Of a DNA stretch of 64,000 bases, positions 37,062-49,958 are shown piece by piece. The notes under the pieces were generated by a model. That model did no database searches. It saw only the letters and a list, made by a program, of their open reading frames with translations, and was not told the DNA's origin. This DNA comes from Mobula hypostoma (taxonomy: Eukaryota). The position numbers and the translations under genes are program-made. The number at the start of each line of letters is the position of its first letter. The first letter of the stretch is position 1. The stretch spans positions 151,530,001-151,594,000 of the forward strand of contig NC_086097.1 of the NCBI RefSeq assembly GCF_963921235.1, given 5' to 3'.

Positions 37062-40000
37062 GTTCAAGGTAAAATTTATTATCAGAGTACATGCATATCA
37101 CCACACACACAACCCTGAGATTCTTTTTCTGCGGGCATACTTAGCAAATCTATAGAACAGTAACCAAACTGTAAACAAACTGCAAATACAGATAAAACAA
37201 TAATAGCAATAAAGATTAGCATAAAATAATGAGATACAGTTTTTAAATGAATATAGTTACCCCTTTTATTCAAGAGCCTGATGGTTGAGGAGTAGTAACT
37301 ACTCTTGAACCTGGTGGTACAAGTCCTGAGGCACTTGTACCTTCTACCTAATGGCAGCAGTGAGAAAAGAGCATGGTCTAGGTGGTGAGGATCTTTGATG
37401 ATAGATGCTGCTTTTCTACGGCAACGTTTCAATCAGGTGTGCTAAATGGTTGTGGGTAAAACCTTTCCAATGTACTGGGCCAAATCCACAACCTGTTATC
37501 TGATTTTCTGTTCAAAGACATCAGTATTCCCAGCCAGGCTGTAATGAATCCAGTCAGCACACTTCCCACCCTACATCTATAGAAGTTTGCCGAGGTTGTT
37601 GACGTAATCTCTACAAACTCCTGAGGAAGCAGAGGTGCTGTTGTGCTTTCTTTGCTATTATATTTATATGATGGGTCCAGGACAGGTCGTCTGAGACAAT
37701 GATACTCATGAATCTAAAGTTACTGATCCTCTGATGATTACTGGATTATGGACCTTTGGTTTCCCTCTCCTGAAGTCCACTATCATTTCCTTCGTCTTAT
37801 TGATGTTGAGTGAGAGGTTATCGTTATTACACCACTCAACCAAATTTTCAATCTCCAGCGCCCCCCACCCCCCATATGCTGATTCATCACACCCTTTGAT
37901 ACAGCCCAGAACAGTGGTGTCATCAGCAAACTTGTACATTGTGTTGGAGCTGTCCTTAGCCACACAGTCAAGGGTGTAAAACGAGTAGAGCAGGGGACTA
38001 AGTGCACATCGCTGCAGTGCTTCTGTGCTGATGGAGATTACGGAGGAGATGTTTTTGTCAATCAGAACTGACTGGGGTCTACAAGTGAGGAAACCTAGGA
38101 TCCAATTGCACAAGGTGGTATGGAGCCCCAGGTCTGACTGTAAAAGCTTTTATAGATAGGTGAAAAGAAAAAGATTCGTTAAGACAAATGTAGGTCCCCT
38201 ACAGACAGAAACAGGTGAATTGATTATGGGGAGCAAGGACATGGCAGACCAATTGAATAACTACTTTGGTTCTGTCTTCACTAAGGAGGACATAAATAAT
38301 CTTCCGGAAATGGTAGGGGATAGAGGGTCCAGTGAGATGAAGGAACTGAGGGAAATACATGTTAGTATGGAAGTGGTGTTAGGTAAATTGAAGGGATTAA
38401 AGGCAGATAAATCCCCAGGGCCAGATGGTCTGCATCCCAGAGTGCTTAAGGAAATAGCCCAAGAAATAGTGGATGCATTAGTGATAATTTTTCAAAACTC
38501 TTTAGATTCTGGACTAGTTCCTGAGGATTGGAGGGTGGCTAATGTAACCCTGCATTTTAAAAAAGGAGGGAGAGAGAAACTGGGGAATTATAGACCGGTT
38601 AGCCTAACATCGGTGGTGGGGAAAATGTTAGAGTCAGTTATCAAAGATGTGATAACAGCACATTTGGAAAGCAGTGAAATCATCGGACAAAGTCAGCATG
38701 GATTTGTGAAAGGAAAATCATGTCTGATGAATCTCGTAGAATTTTCTGAGGATGTAACTAGTAGAGTGGATAGGGGAGAACCAGTGGATGTGGTATATTT
38801 GGATTTTCAAAAGGCTTTTGACAAGGTACCACACAGGAGATTAGTGTGCAAACTTAAAGCACACGATATTGGGGGCAAGGTATTGATGTGGATAGAGAAT
38901 TGGTTGGCAGACAGGAAGCAAAGAGAGGGAATAAACGGGACCTTTTCAGAATGGCAGGCAGTGACTAGTGGGGTACCGCAAGGCTCAGTGCTGGGACCCA
39001 AGTTGTTTACAATATATATTAATGACTTAGAGGAGGGAATTAAATGCAGCATCTCCAAGTCTGCAGATGGAAGCTGGGCGGCAGTGTTAGCTGTGAGGAG
39101 GATGCAGGGTGACTTGGATAGGTTAGGTGAGTGGGCAAATTCATGGCAGATGCAATTTAATATGGATAAATGTGAGGTTATCCACTTTGGTGGCAAGAAC
39201 AGGAAAACAGATTATTATCTGACTGGTGGCCGATTAGGAAAAGGGGAGGTGCAATGAGACCTGGGTGTCATCATACACCAGTCATTGAAAGTGGGCATGC
39301 AGGTACAGCAGGCGGTGAAAAAGGCGAATGGTATGCTGGCATTCATAGCAAGAGGATTTGAGAACAGGAGCAGGGAGGTATTACTGCAGTTGTGCAAGGC
39401 CTTGGTGAGATCACACCTGGAGTATTGTGTGCAGTTTTGGTCCCCTAATCTGAGGAAAGACATCCCTGCCATAGAGGGAATACAAAGAAGGTTCACCAGA
39501 TTGATTCCTGGGATGGCAGGACTTTCATATGAAGAAAGACTGGATCGACTAGGCTTATATGTTCGTTGGAATTTAGAAGATTGAGGGGAGATCTTATTGA
39601 AATGTATAAAATCCTAAAGGGATTGGACAGGCTAGATGCAGGAAGATTGTTCCCGATGTTGGGGAAGTCCAGAACGAGGGGTCACAGTTTGAAGATAAAG
39701 GGAAAGCCTTTTAGGACTGAGATTAAGAAAAACTTCTTCACACAGAGAGTGATGAATCCGTGGAATTCTCTGCCACAGGAAACAGTTGAGGCCAGTTCAT
39801 TGGCTATATTTAAGAGGGAGTTAGATATGGCCCTTGTGGCTAAAGGGATCAGGGAGTATGGAGTGAAGGCTGGTACAGGGTTCTGAGTTGGATGATCAGC
39901 CATGATCATACTGAATGGCAGTGCAGGCTGGAAGGGCGGAATGGCCTACTCCTGCACCTATTTTCTATGTTTCTATGTCTTGGATTTTACTGATTAGTTT

Positions 40001-40135
40001 TGAGGGGATGATAGTGTTAAGTGCCGAGCTGTAATTGATAAAAAAAAACATCCTGGTGTATGCATCTTTGATGGCCACATGTTCCAGGGTTGTGTGAAGA
40101 GCCAATGAGATGTCATCTACTGTTGCTTCAGTAAG
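37062..40135 (-). mobile_element. Rex1/L2-type LINE split by a CR1 insertion
   Basis: ORFs 37082-37432, 37706-38113 (LSPLLYSFYT..KFADDTTVLG..KTKEMIVDFRR), continuing in 39965-40195 (INYSSALNTIIPSKLISK). Confidence 0.88.
38136..39976 (+). mobile_element. Young 5'-truncated CR1 LINE (RT), nested
   Basis: ORF 38160-39257 (KSPGPDGLHPRVLKE, GNYRPVSLTS, YLDFQKAFDKV, SGVPQGSVLGP) plus 39285-39886; tail ttttctatgtttctat; gtct on both sides (38132-38135, 39977-39980). Confidence 0.95.
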
Positions 40136-42769
40136 GCTAGTAAAAATACACCTTACACACCTTATTCCCTTCATGATTTTTCTCTCTATTTTCATCAGTA
40201 TCCAGATCCATTGATGTACTAAACCAGTGCTTAATTATAAAAGCCCACTAAATAGGTTGTAGATTCAGATGCACGGAAGGAAATGTATTTGATCGTGTGT
40301 TTATTTTGCTTTCCAGACCAAAAGTGATTAGATATGATTATACCATTTAGGATACTTTTACTACCTTGCATTTTGCTGGAAAAAAAAACTCAGCTTCACA
40401 ATCAAGCCACTTCCAGACTACAGCTGAAGAAAATTTGCCCTTTGTGCTTGAACTTGCTGAAGCCATTTCTGATATATCCTCTCTACCTCAAAAGATAACA
40501 TCTTGTACCATATCTGAATGCATCACTGCATAGATAAGAATATTCTCTTCATTTTCAAGTAGTGACATGAGCATTTCTTTTTCCAAAATTACAAGAGCCT
40601 AAATCATGAAGAGAATTTTTAAAATCCATGTAAACCTCTAACAATTTGGTGGTTAAACATGGCCTGGATTTTCCTTCTAAATACTGCTTGCTTTGATATG
40701 GTCCCAGAAAGCTCATGAGGTTTCCTCTGAGTGTATGATAAAAACTATCAGCAGACTCCTAGTCTCTTTAATGTAGACTTTACCATTGCATACCTTGTTT
40801 GAACATAAACTTTGAATGTCAAGAACTTGAATCTCCAATGTGTTGGAGGAGAAATTCAAGGAATATTACAAATAATAAGATTTCTAAAAGTAAATTTTTT
40901 TCCACATTAATCTACTACCCCTCCTTGTTTTTAATTTTTTACAGCCCAATGTGAGATACTTCGCTCTGCTTAATAATTGCTTTTCTTTTTGTTGCAGCTC
41001 CATCAAATGAAGATTTTGATTTCCCTTGGGAATCAATGTCAAAATTAGACTTTTGTGCATAAAAAAAACAAATAATTGAAAACTCTTTGCATGTAACTAT
41101 AATATCAAAGTCCATTTATCCTGCCAGACGCTATAAGCTAAAATAATTTCAAGTAGGTTATCCCAAAAGCTGGTAGCAGCTCATTTCAGATGCTGCTGCA
41201 CCTGCTGTGTCCCAGTGAATTTCTGTTGTTTCATCTCAAATATTGTTTTATCAATGTCAGTGGCACTAATAACTGGGCAAACTTGAGAATCTTCTGTTGT
41301 CTTATTATTTGAATATATTTTTAAATACAAACTGCCCCATGTGTCAAGTTGATATACTGTGCTACATAGAAATAAAATAGCTGTTTGCTTCTGTTATGGT
41401 CAACTATTCTTTGAAAATAGTAATTACATTGGTATGTGGTGATTAAGTACAAGATTTAGTGAAAACTGCAAGAAAGTAATTTAACAGTTGCTGAGATCTT
41501 TTTAAATGAGGTTGGATTGCAGCTTTTTGCTCAGAGATAATCATGCATATAACCAAAAGAATAGCCAAAAATGAGAAATCTTAACGTAATCTGCCAAAAA
41601 GTAAATAATTGAAAGTATCAATATTAGAGTTTTACTTCATTCCTTTGACATCTTGAACTCAAATCAAAGCCATTGAATAATCGTTTTGAGTTTGTAGTAT
41701 ATACATATTCCAGATGAAAAACTGCAGGCATGTCCCACTTTTAACTATCTTACAGCAGTCAACATAGAGTGTTACTTTGAATTAAAAAGTTCAAAGTAAA
41801 ATTTATTATCAAAGTACATATATGCTAGAATATAGACCTATTCAGGAAGATGAAATACAATAGTATTTTACATAAGCGAAGACCGACAGACAGCAAAGGT
41901 GCAAGAGAAGACAACCTGCAAATAAAAATAATGCTGATGACATGAGTTGTAGAGAGACTTTGAAAGATAAAATCAGTTTAGAGGAGTAGCAAATAAAGTT
42001 ATCCACACCACTTAAGGCTTCTGTATTTCCTTCCCCTACAATTATGAGGGGTATAGATAGGGTAGACTGCAGGAGAGTTTTCCCATTTCAGAGATCAATT
42101 TAGGGTAATGAAGTTTAGAGCAGCTCTGAAAGGGATATCCATCCAGAGAGGCTATTTGAAGCAGAGTCGCTAGTAGAATTTAAGTAGTATCTGATGAGTA
42201 CTTGAATCACCCAGGCTTGGAAGGGTACAGTCCAAATCTCAGAAAAAGGGATTATTGAGGATGGATATCCTCTAGGTAGCTTGGGCATAATGAGTTGATG
42301 CCCTCTATCGTTGCTGTAACTCATCTGTAGTTGTTGATGTACTCAGGAATGCATTATAGAAGCTTTGATTAAAGCAAAGTTGATCACTAATCTTACGTAA
42401 CCTTAAGTGGAATTTCAATGCCATTGCTAAACCTGACCAAAAGAATCTTATTTAATCTCAAATATGCATGGCTCAACTCCAAATGATATTTTAACCCTGT
42501 AATCTTTTAATATCTTTTGGTTCAAAAAAAAAGTCTGTCATTTTAGTTTTAAAACAAGCACTAGATCCTGGTGACTGAACTCCAGGGCCAACAGGACTCA
42601 AGACGTCTACACGTACGTGTTCTAGGACTCAGGACACATTCAGTTTGGACAGGCATAGGTCAGGTTTTATTTTTTTCCAACTTACACAGTATCTACTTAT
42701 GCAAGAGTTCTCCAAGCTTTTTCCAATCTTATGCAGAAATATTTAATAACAATGCTAAATCATAAAAAT

Positions 42770-43635
42770 CAAAAAGAAAACTTAGAAATCTGAAATAGGA
42801 ACAGGAAATGCTGCAGGTCAACAGATCAAGCAGAATCTGTGGAAGTAGGAACAAAAGGATATTTCAGGTCAAAACATCTGAAGTAAATAAACAATCTTGC
42901 AGTGAAAAGGGAGGAGGGGATGGGTAGGATGAAGCAAGTATCTATAATAAGGGGTGGTCAGGCTTTCCACGTTGAGTTCATCTACATCATTGGTTCATAG
43001 GGGAGTGAGAATATAAACAGAAGTATAGAACAGTGTGGAATACAGGGCTGTATAACGTGGCCAGCAGGTCAGAATGTGCTAATGGAGAAAAACTGAGCCA
43101 ATATCAAGGTGGATGAACAATAGCAGAAAGGATTAAGCAACAGATAAAGAGATGAGGCTGGGAATGGGATGGAGAAATACATGGAAGACAACAAGATACT
43201 AAGTTTTGCCTATGTGCATTGCATTTTGTTTCTCCAATCTAGCAGACACCAGACTGTGAGTATCAAATACAGCTCTCCAGTTTGGAGGAAATGTGTTTTC
43301 TGGAAGGACTGTTTAGACTCCTGGATGGTGGGAAAGGAAGAAATGATTGGACATGTATTGCATCTCCTGTAGTTGCATGGAAAAGAACTATAAGAATAAA
43401 ACATGAGGATGGAAGAATGGACCAGTGAGTTGCAAATGGAATGGTCGCTTCAAAATGCTAAGAGGGAAGATGGTGGAATTCCATTGAAGCTGATGGGGAT
43501 TGCAAAGGATGATCCTTTGAATTTGAAGGCAGGCACCATGATATCCTTTTTTTATTGAGAACGAGATGAGGTAAGAGGAGGGGTGTAAGGGTTCTGCCAT
43601 GGTACAAAAAGAAGGAAAGCACCTCAGGGGCACTT
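42770..43635 (-). mobile_element. Highly degraded Penelope-like fragment
   Basis: Terminal-repeat remnant at 42780-42880; GIY-YIG and linker remnants (PFQQSFQ..HF, RIILCN..LQW) at 43230-43620. Confidence 0.55.
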
Positions 43636-44964
43636 ATGTGAAAAGTTTTATCAGCAAACCAAAAGCAATGGAGACAGAGGAAGTGCACAATGAACTAATC
43701 TCGTCACAAGATATAGGTAGGATGAAGCATAATTGAGGTAACTTGTACAGAGTACCTGTAGATACTTTGTGATTAATATTTGTCAATAACTTGTCAACTG
43801 AGATAGTGATTAAGTATAACAAAGAAGGTTTTAGTTTTGTAATTCAGTTAGCTCATAAAAATATACTTTATATTGAATTGAATGTAAACATATCATTGAG
43901 CAAGCCAGAAATTAGCATCTGTCCTATGTTTAAGAGGCTATAGGTTTAAGATGAGAGGTAAAAGATTTCAAAGGGACCTGAGGGGTAATATCTTCACTCA
44001 GAGGGTGATATGTATATGGAATGAGATGCCAGAAAAAGTAGTTGAAACAAGTGCAGTAGCAACATTCAAGTTATTTGTATAAGCACATAGTCAGGCAGAA
44101 CTAGGCCAAACATGGGCAAGTGGGACTAGCTTGGTGCACACCATGGTCACCAAGGAAGAGTTGGGTCAAAGGGCCCTGTCTCCATGCTGTATTACTCCGT
44201 CTATTATCCAAAACCCATTATTAACTAGAGTCACTAAAAATATAAAACGAGGCAGCTGAAACCAAATATGAATTTTCAGCGTGGTACATATGAACAGACA
44301 AAGCAGGCATGAAACAGATGACCACAAATATCATGCATATAGGAGGCAAGGAGATTTGGAATGATCTTAAGGCCGAAGGTGATAAAGAAACTGGCAAGAA
44401 CTTCAGTATTAGTAAAAACCCAAACTTAGAGAGATGCTTAATTACAAATTAGAAGACATTGTGAGAAGGATGGTTAGTAAAAACAGGGTGAGAAGCTCAT
44501 GGTTTAGATTTTGAAAGTGAGGCACAAGAAATATGCAAAAGAAGATGATGGTTAATAATAATTCTGAATGACACTACATGTGTGAGCACTGAACCTCCAG
44601 TCATGATTGAGGAAGGAACTAAAAATGATATATAAATAAGAACCTAACTGGTTTGGTCAATTGATCTGTGAAACAACAAGTGAGAGAGATGGCCCTGAAT
44701 TCTGAATTCCGTACAGGTCTTGATTAGTAACAAGTCATATTGGGACAGACAGTTAGTCGCTGTCTGCTGTTCTTTGAATAAATATTATATGCATCACTTT
44801 TCCCTTCTCTGATTTTCTGCTCTTCAGTTCCAGCATTGTAATTACTGGAGAAAGCGAGAAAGGGATGGGAAGAATCAAAGATAGGTCATATCAGGGTGAG
44901 ACCACGGTAAAAATTGACAGCAAAAGTTAATTCTTGAGCAGGAAATAGCAACAATACTGCCATT

Positions 44965-45031
44965 CAATGTTCCCTCTAAGCTGTGTGCGTGCAGGTGCGT
45001 CGTGTGTGTATGTGGGTGTGTGTGTGTGGGT

Positions 45032-45069
<38 letters not shown>

Positions 45070-45231
45070 ACGTGTGTGTGTGTGTGTGCATGCGCGTACA
45101 CACATTTTTTGCTACTGGCACACAAAGAAATTTAAACTGCGTACAAAAGATTGTCAGCCTCTACCTTCTCATGTTAAGTACAGCACAACATTTTTGCGCA
45201 CACTGGCCATTGCAAATTAGAGGGGATATTA
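44965..45231. mobile_element. hAT-type MITE containing an expanded (GT)n
   Basis: TIRs caatgttccctcta / tagaggggatatta; 8-bp TSD ctgccatt / ctgccctt. Confidence 0.8.
45002..45088. repeat. Imperfect (GT)n microsatellite
   Basis: Visible gtgtgt run. Confidence 0.95.
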
Positions 45232-45239
45232 CTGCCCTT

Positions 45240-45630
45240 GGTGTGCTTGTAGAGGAATTGGACAAGGGGACCAGAGCAGGACCGGAACAAAGACCTTCAT
45301 GTACCCCACAAAAAGACAACCGTAGTCGGGGCCTTTGTGGGATGTCATTGCTACATCTTTGATCTGGGAAAATAAGCCAGACATGTGCGAGTGCTTATGG
45401 AGAGGTACTGGTTGGGCAGAAGCACAGGTCTTGATGTAGGGATGGAGGTGCAAAAACATTGTATGTCCTTGGTGAAGATGGGATTTGGAAATTATGACAA
45501 ATAGCATTTGAGTGCTGCGAATATAGGTGGGAAAGGAAGAAACAAGATAAAAAGTGGAATCAAAACAGATTCTGCTAAATAGGCTGAAACAATGGATCTG
45601 CCCAGACTGCCCTGATTGTAGATGTTGAGC
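45240..45630 (-). mobile_element. Degraded Penelope-like RT fragment
   Basis: ORF 45229-45507 contains QIKDVAMTSHKGPDYGCLFVGY, resembling the PLE RT motif GVAMG..GP.YA.LFVG. Confidence 0.6.
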
Positions 45631-45849
45631 ATTTCGGACTCTGTGGGCCTGTGTGACTTTTCATCTCCTATTAAAAATACTTAACTGATTATAAGTAAAA
45701 TGATTTTATAGGATATCCTAATATATTGGAAAATCTACTTAATCTCATTATAAAACTTGATGTAGCAACATCACATTACACACATCAGGAGTGTTGAGGT
45801 GAGAGTAAATCTAGTTAGCAACATAAATATTTGTTAAATTCGCAATTAT

Positions 45850-46668
45850 TAGAATCAGAATCAGAATCAGGTTTATTATCACAGGCATATGATGTGAAAT
45901 TTGTTAAATTAGCAGCAGCAGTTCAATGCGATACATAATATAGAAGGGGAAAAATAAATAAAATAAAATAATAATAATAATAAAAATCAATTGCAGTATA
46001 TTGAATAGATTAAAAAATGTGCAAAATTCAGAAATACTGTATATTAAACAAAGTGAGGTAGTGTCCAAGGGTTCAATGTCCATGTAGGAATTGGATGGTA
46101 GAGGGGAAGAAATTGTTCCTGAATCACTGAGTGTGTGTCTTTAGGCTTCTGTATCTCTGTATCTCCTACCTGATTGTAACAGTGAGAAAAGGGCATGCCC
46201 TGGATGCTGGAGATCCTTAATAATGGATGCTGCCTTTCTGAGACACCGCACCCTGAAGGTTTCCTGGGTACTTTGTAGGCTAGTACCCAAGATGGAGCTG
46301 AATAGGCTTACAACCCTTTGCAGCTTCTTTCAGTCCTGTGCATTTGCACCACTGCCCCCCCCCATACCAGAGAGTGATGCAGCCTGTCAGAATGCCCTCC
46401 ACGGTACATCTATAGAGGTTTTTGAGTGTATTTGTTGACATGCCAAATCTCTTCAAACTCCTAATGAAGTATAGCCGCTGTCTTGCCTTCTTTATAACTA
46501 CATCGATATGTTGGGACCAGGTTAGATCCTCAGGGATCTTGAAGCAGCTCACTCTCTCCACTTCTGATCCCTCTATGAGGATTGGTATGTGTTCCTTTGT
46601 CCTACCCTTCTTGAAGTCCACAATCAGCTCTTTCGTCTTACTGACGTTGAGTGCCAGGTTATGGTGGC
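45850..46668 (-). mobile_element. Rex1/L2-type LINE 3' fragment
   Basis: ORF 46280-46702 (LNVSKTKELIVDF..KKARQRLYFIRSLKRFG..EGILTGCITLWYG); (AGAATC)3 tail repeat. Confidence 0.88.
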
Positions 46669-47138
46669 AGAAGTCCACCAGCACATCAATACAGTCAATC
46701 ATCAGATTGGTATGCTTCTATTTACTTTGATTGAAAGAGCTGAAAATTCATAGTAGTTCAGTCAGCTGGAAGGGAACAACTCTTTAAAGTTACAGAAGAA
46801 TGTTTCAATAAATGGTAACTTTAAAGAGTTGATCAACCCTAATTAAAATAGTGACTGGGAACATGGTAGAACCAGGCATCCACTGATGTGCCTTTCCAAA
46901 AATATTTGGTTGCAAATTAATGAAAGTTCAAGCTTTAGATCAATCTCAAGAATATTAGAACATAATGAAAGACAAGAATGAAAAGGAGACTCAGCCCCTC
47001 AAATCTGCCTCACCATTCAATATAATCCTAGCTGAGCTGCCTTAGGCCTCACCTCCTGTTTCCATAGGCCTTTCCTAGATCGTTTGTAAGCTGCCCCCAG
47101 CACATCCTTGGTTGTTAATGTAAATGACATATTTCACT

Positions 47139-48752
47139 AACAAGAGAAGGTCTGCAGATGCTGGAAATCCAAGCAACGCACACAAAATGCTGAAGGAACT
47201 CAGAAGGCCAGGCAGCATCTATGGAAAAAAAGTCCAGTTAAGGTTTCGAGCTGAAACCCTTCAGCAGGACTGGAGAGAAAAAAGCCGAGGAGTAGATCGG
47301 AAAGGTGGTGGCGGGGAGAGAGAAACACCAGGCGATAGGTGACCGTCCCGCACTTTTCCTATGCTACACTGATGACTGCATTGGTGCTGCTCCTTGTACC
47401 CATGCTGAACTCGTCGATTTCATCCACTTTGTCTCCAGCTGCCACCCTGGCCTCAAAATCACCTGGTCCATTTCCGACACTTCTCTTCCATTTCCCGATC
47501 TTACTGTGTCTTTCTCCGGAGACAGCTTATCCAGCGATGTCTATTATAAACCAACGGACTCTCACAGCTACCTGGACTATACCTCATCCCACCCTGTTAC
47601 TTGTAAAAATGTCATCCCCTTCTCTCAATTCCTCCGTCTCTGCCGCAGCTGCTCTCAGGATGAGGCTTTTCATTCTAGAATGAAAGAGCTCCCCTCCTTT
47701 TTCAAAGAAGGGGGCTTCCCTTCCTCCACCATCAATGCTGCCCTCAACCACATCTCTTCCATGTTACGCACGTTTGCTCTTACCCCATCCTCCCACCAGT
47801 TACCAGGGATAGGGTTCCTCATCCTCACCTACCACCCCACCAGCCTCCGCATCCAGCACATAATTCTCTGAAACTTTCACCACCAAACACATCTTTCCCT
47901 CCCCCCACTTTCTGCTTTCAGCTGGGATCGCTCCCTATGAGATTCCCTTGTCCATTCGTCGCTTTCCACTGATTTCCCTCCTGGCACTTATCCTTGCAAG
48001 TGGAACAAGTGCCACACCTGCCCCTGTACCTCCTCCCTCACTACCACTCAGGGCCCAAAGCAGTCCTTTCAGGTGAAGCGACACTTCACCTGTGAGTCTG
48101 TTGGGGTTATTTACTGTGTTTGGTGCTCCTGGTGTGGCCTCCTGTATATCGGTGAGACCTGACGTAGATTGGGAGACCATTACGCCAAGCGTCAACGCTC
48201 CATCTGCCAGAACAAGCACGATCTCCCAGTAGCCACCCATTTTAATGCCAGTTCCCATTCCCATTCCCATTCTAATATGTCCATCCTTGGCCTCCTCCAC
48301 TGTCAGGATAAGGCCACACTTAGGTTGGAGGAATAACACCTTATATTCCGCTTGGGTAGCCTCCAACCTGATAGTATGAACATCGATTTCTCAGACTTCC
48401 ATTAATGCCTCCCCCCTCCCTCACTATTTCCCACCCCCTTGGTCCTCTCTCATGTTACCTCCTTGCACACCCATCGCCTCCCTCTGGTGCTCCTCACCCC
48501 CCCACCTTTTTCTTTCTTCCATGGCCTTCTGTCTCTTTCACCAATCAACTTCCTAGCTATTTGCTTCATCCCTCCCCCTCGAAGTTTCACCTATCACCTG
48601 GCATTTCTCTCCCCCCTCGCCCCATCTTTCAAATCTACTCCTCAGCCTTTTTTCTCCAATCCTGCCGAAGGCGTTTCGGCCCGAAATATTGACTATATTT
48701 TTTCCAATGATGCTGCCTGGCCTGCTGAGCTCCTCCAGTGTTTTGTGTGTGT
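47139..48752 (+). mobile_element. Penelope-like element with inverted 5' terminal repeat
   Basis: Minus terminal repeat 47139-47343 fused to plus RT/GIY-YIG remnant (ORF 47305-47871 YTDD..YYKPTD); 14-bp TSD tgacatatttcact (47125-47138) / tgacacatttcact (48753-48766). Confidence 0.9.
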
Positions 48753-49920
48753 TGACACATTTCACTCTGTGCTTCAATGTAGATGTGATAAATAATCCAA
48801 ATCTGATTCTCAATCCTATTTCCTTTCTAAATACCCTCAATAATCCAGTTACTCTAACCCTCTGGTGTTGAGAATTCCAAAAACTGAACACATAAGCATT
48901 TATAATCAATAAAAGATTGAAGTAAGAGAGATAACGTAGAAATACACTACACTTAAAAATGATCTCAAGAACAAATTGACTGCAGGAATGAATCTTCATA
49001 GTTTACGTTGTTTCTTTTCGGGACATCTGAAAAGGAGTTGCAGCATGGAAGTAAATCAAGCCATTACAGCTAACTCAGTGGTGAACATAATTGATTATTA
49101 ATATGCAAACCCAAAAATTTCTTAGAATTCATTAGCAATTGACCGTAAGCAGTTGTTTTCACAAGCCTAATGATGAAGTGGCAGAATCTACAGTTATAAA
49201 TCTGTGGTAATTACAAATGAAATCTGCAGCACAAGTAGCTGGATGATTTACACCTTAGTAATGATATGCATATTGCCACTTGCTATTTTCTCAGCAAACT
49301 CTTTGGCCAATTTCCATTTATCAATTTCTTTTAAATCTTAATTGGCTTGATGTACAGCATGTATCCAGATTTTTGTTAATTATATTAATTTTAATTATGT
49401 TTTTTTATCCTCCTGAGCTGTAGAACTAACATTGTTCAAAATAAAACTTCTTTTGTCCATAAAAAAGTTCCATAATGGTTATATTTGGCTATAATCTTAC
49501 ATTAGTCTATACAGTTTTACAGCAGTGTCTACTGTAAAAAGTCTCAGAATTAATATGGAGAAAAAGACAGTAATAATAAAATTAAGAAGTATCAGCATTT
49601 TTAAGCATTCATTCATAATAAGTAAATCTCTAATGGCAAGAAATAGATTATGTTGTAATATTCAAGTCTGGAAATTTTCATTGTCTATTGCTAATTCATG
49701 AAAAGTTACATAATTCTCAGTTTTTGTTAAAAGAGTAAAGGAATGTATGAGTTGTGGTTAGGACATTGCATGAATTTATGACTTTAAACTTGCCTTTAAA
49801 AGGTAGGATGAGTATCAAATTAAACTCTTATTTTTTATGAAAACTCAACTGTTTAGTAGTAACACACATCAAAGTTGCTGGTGAACGCAGCAGGCCAGGC
49901 AGCATCTTTAGGAAGAGGTA

Positions 49921-49958
49921 CAGTCGACGTTTCAGGCCGAGACCCTTCGTCAGGACTA
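49921..49958 (-). ncRNA. Minimal hammerhead ribozyme (minus strand)
   Basis: Reverse complement reads TAGTC-CTGACGA-AGG(gtctcgg)CCT-GAAAC-GTC-GACTG. Confidence 0.8.

Noticed and set aside
35401..41000. Further acceptor-like sites at 35434, 40316 and ~40997
   Set aside because: No paired donor or other support; such motifs are common in AT-rich DNA
44875..45362. HT/CV-repeat ORFs
   Set aside because: Translations of the (GT)n microsatellite
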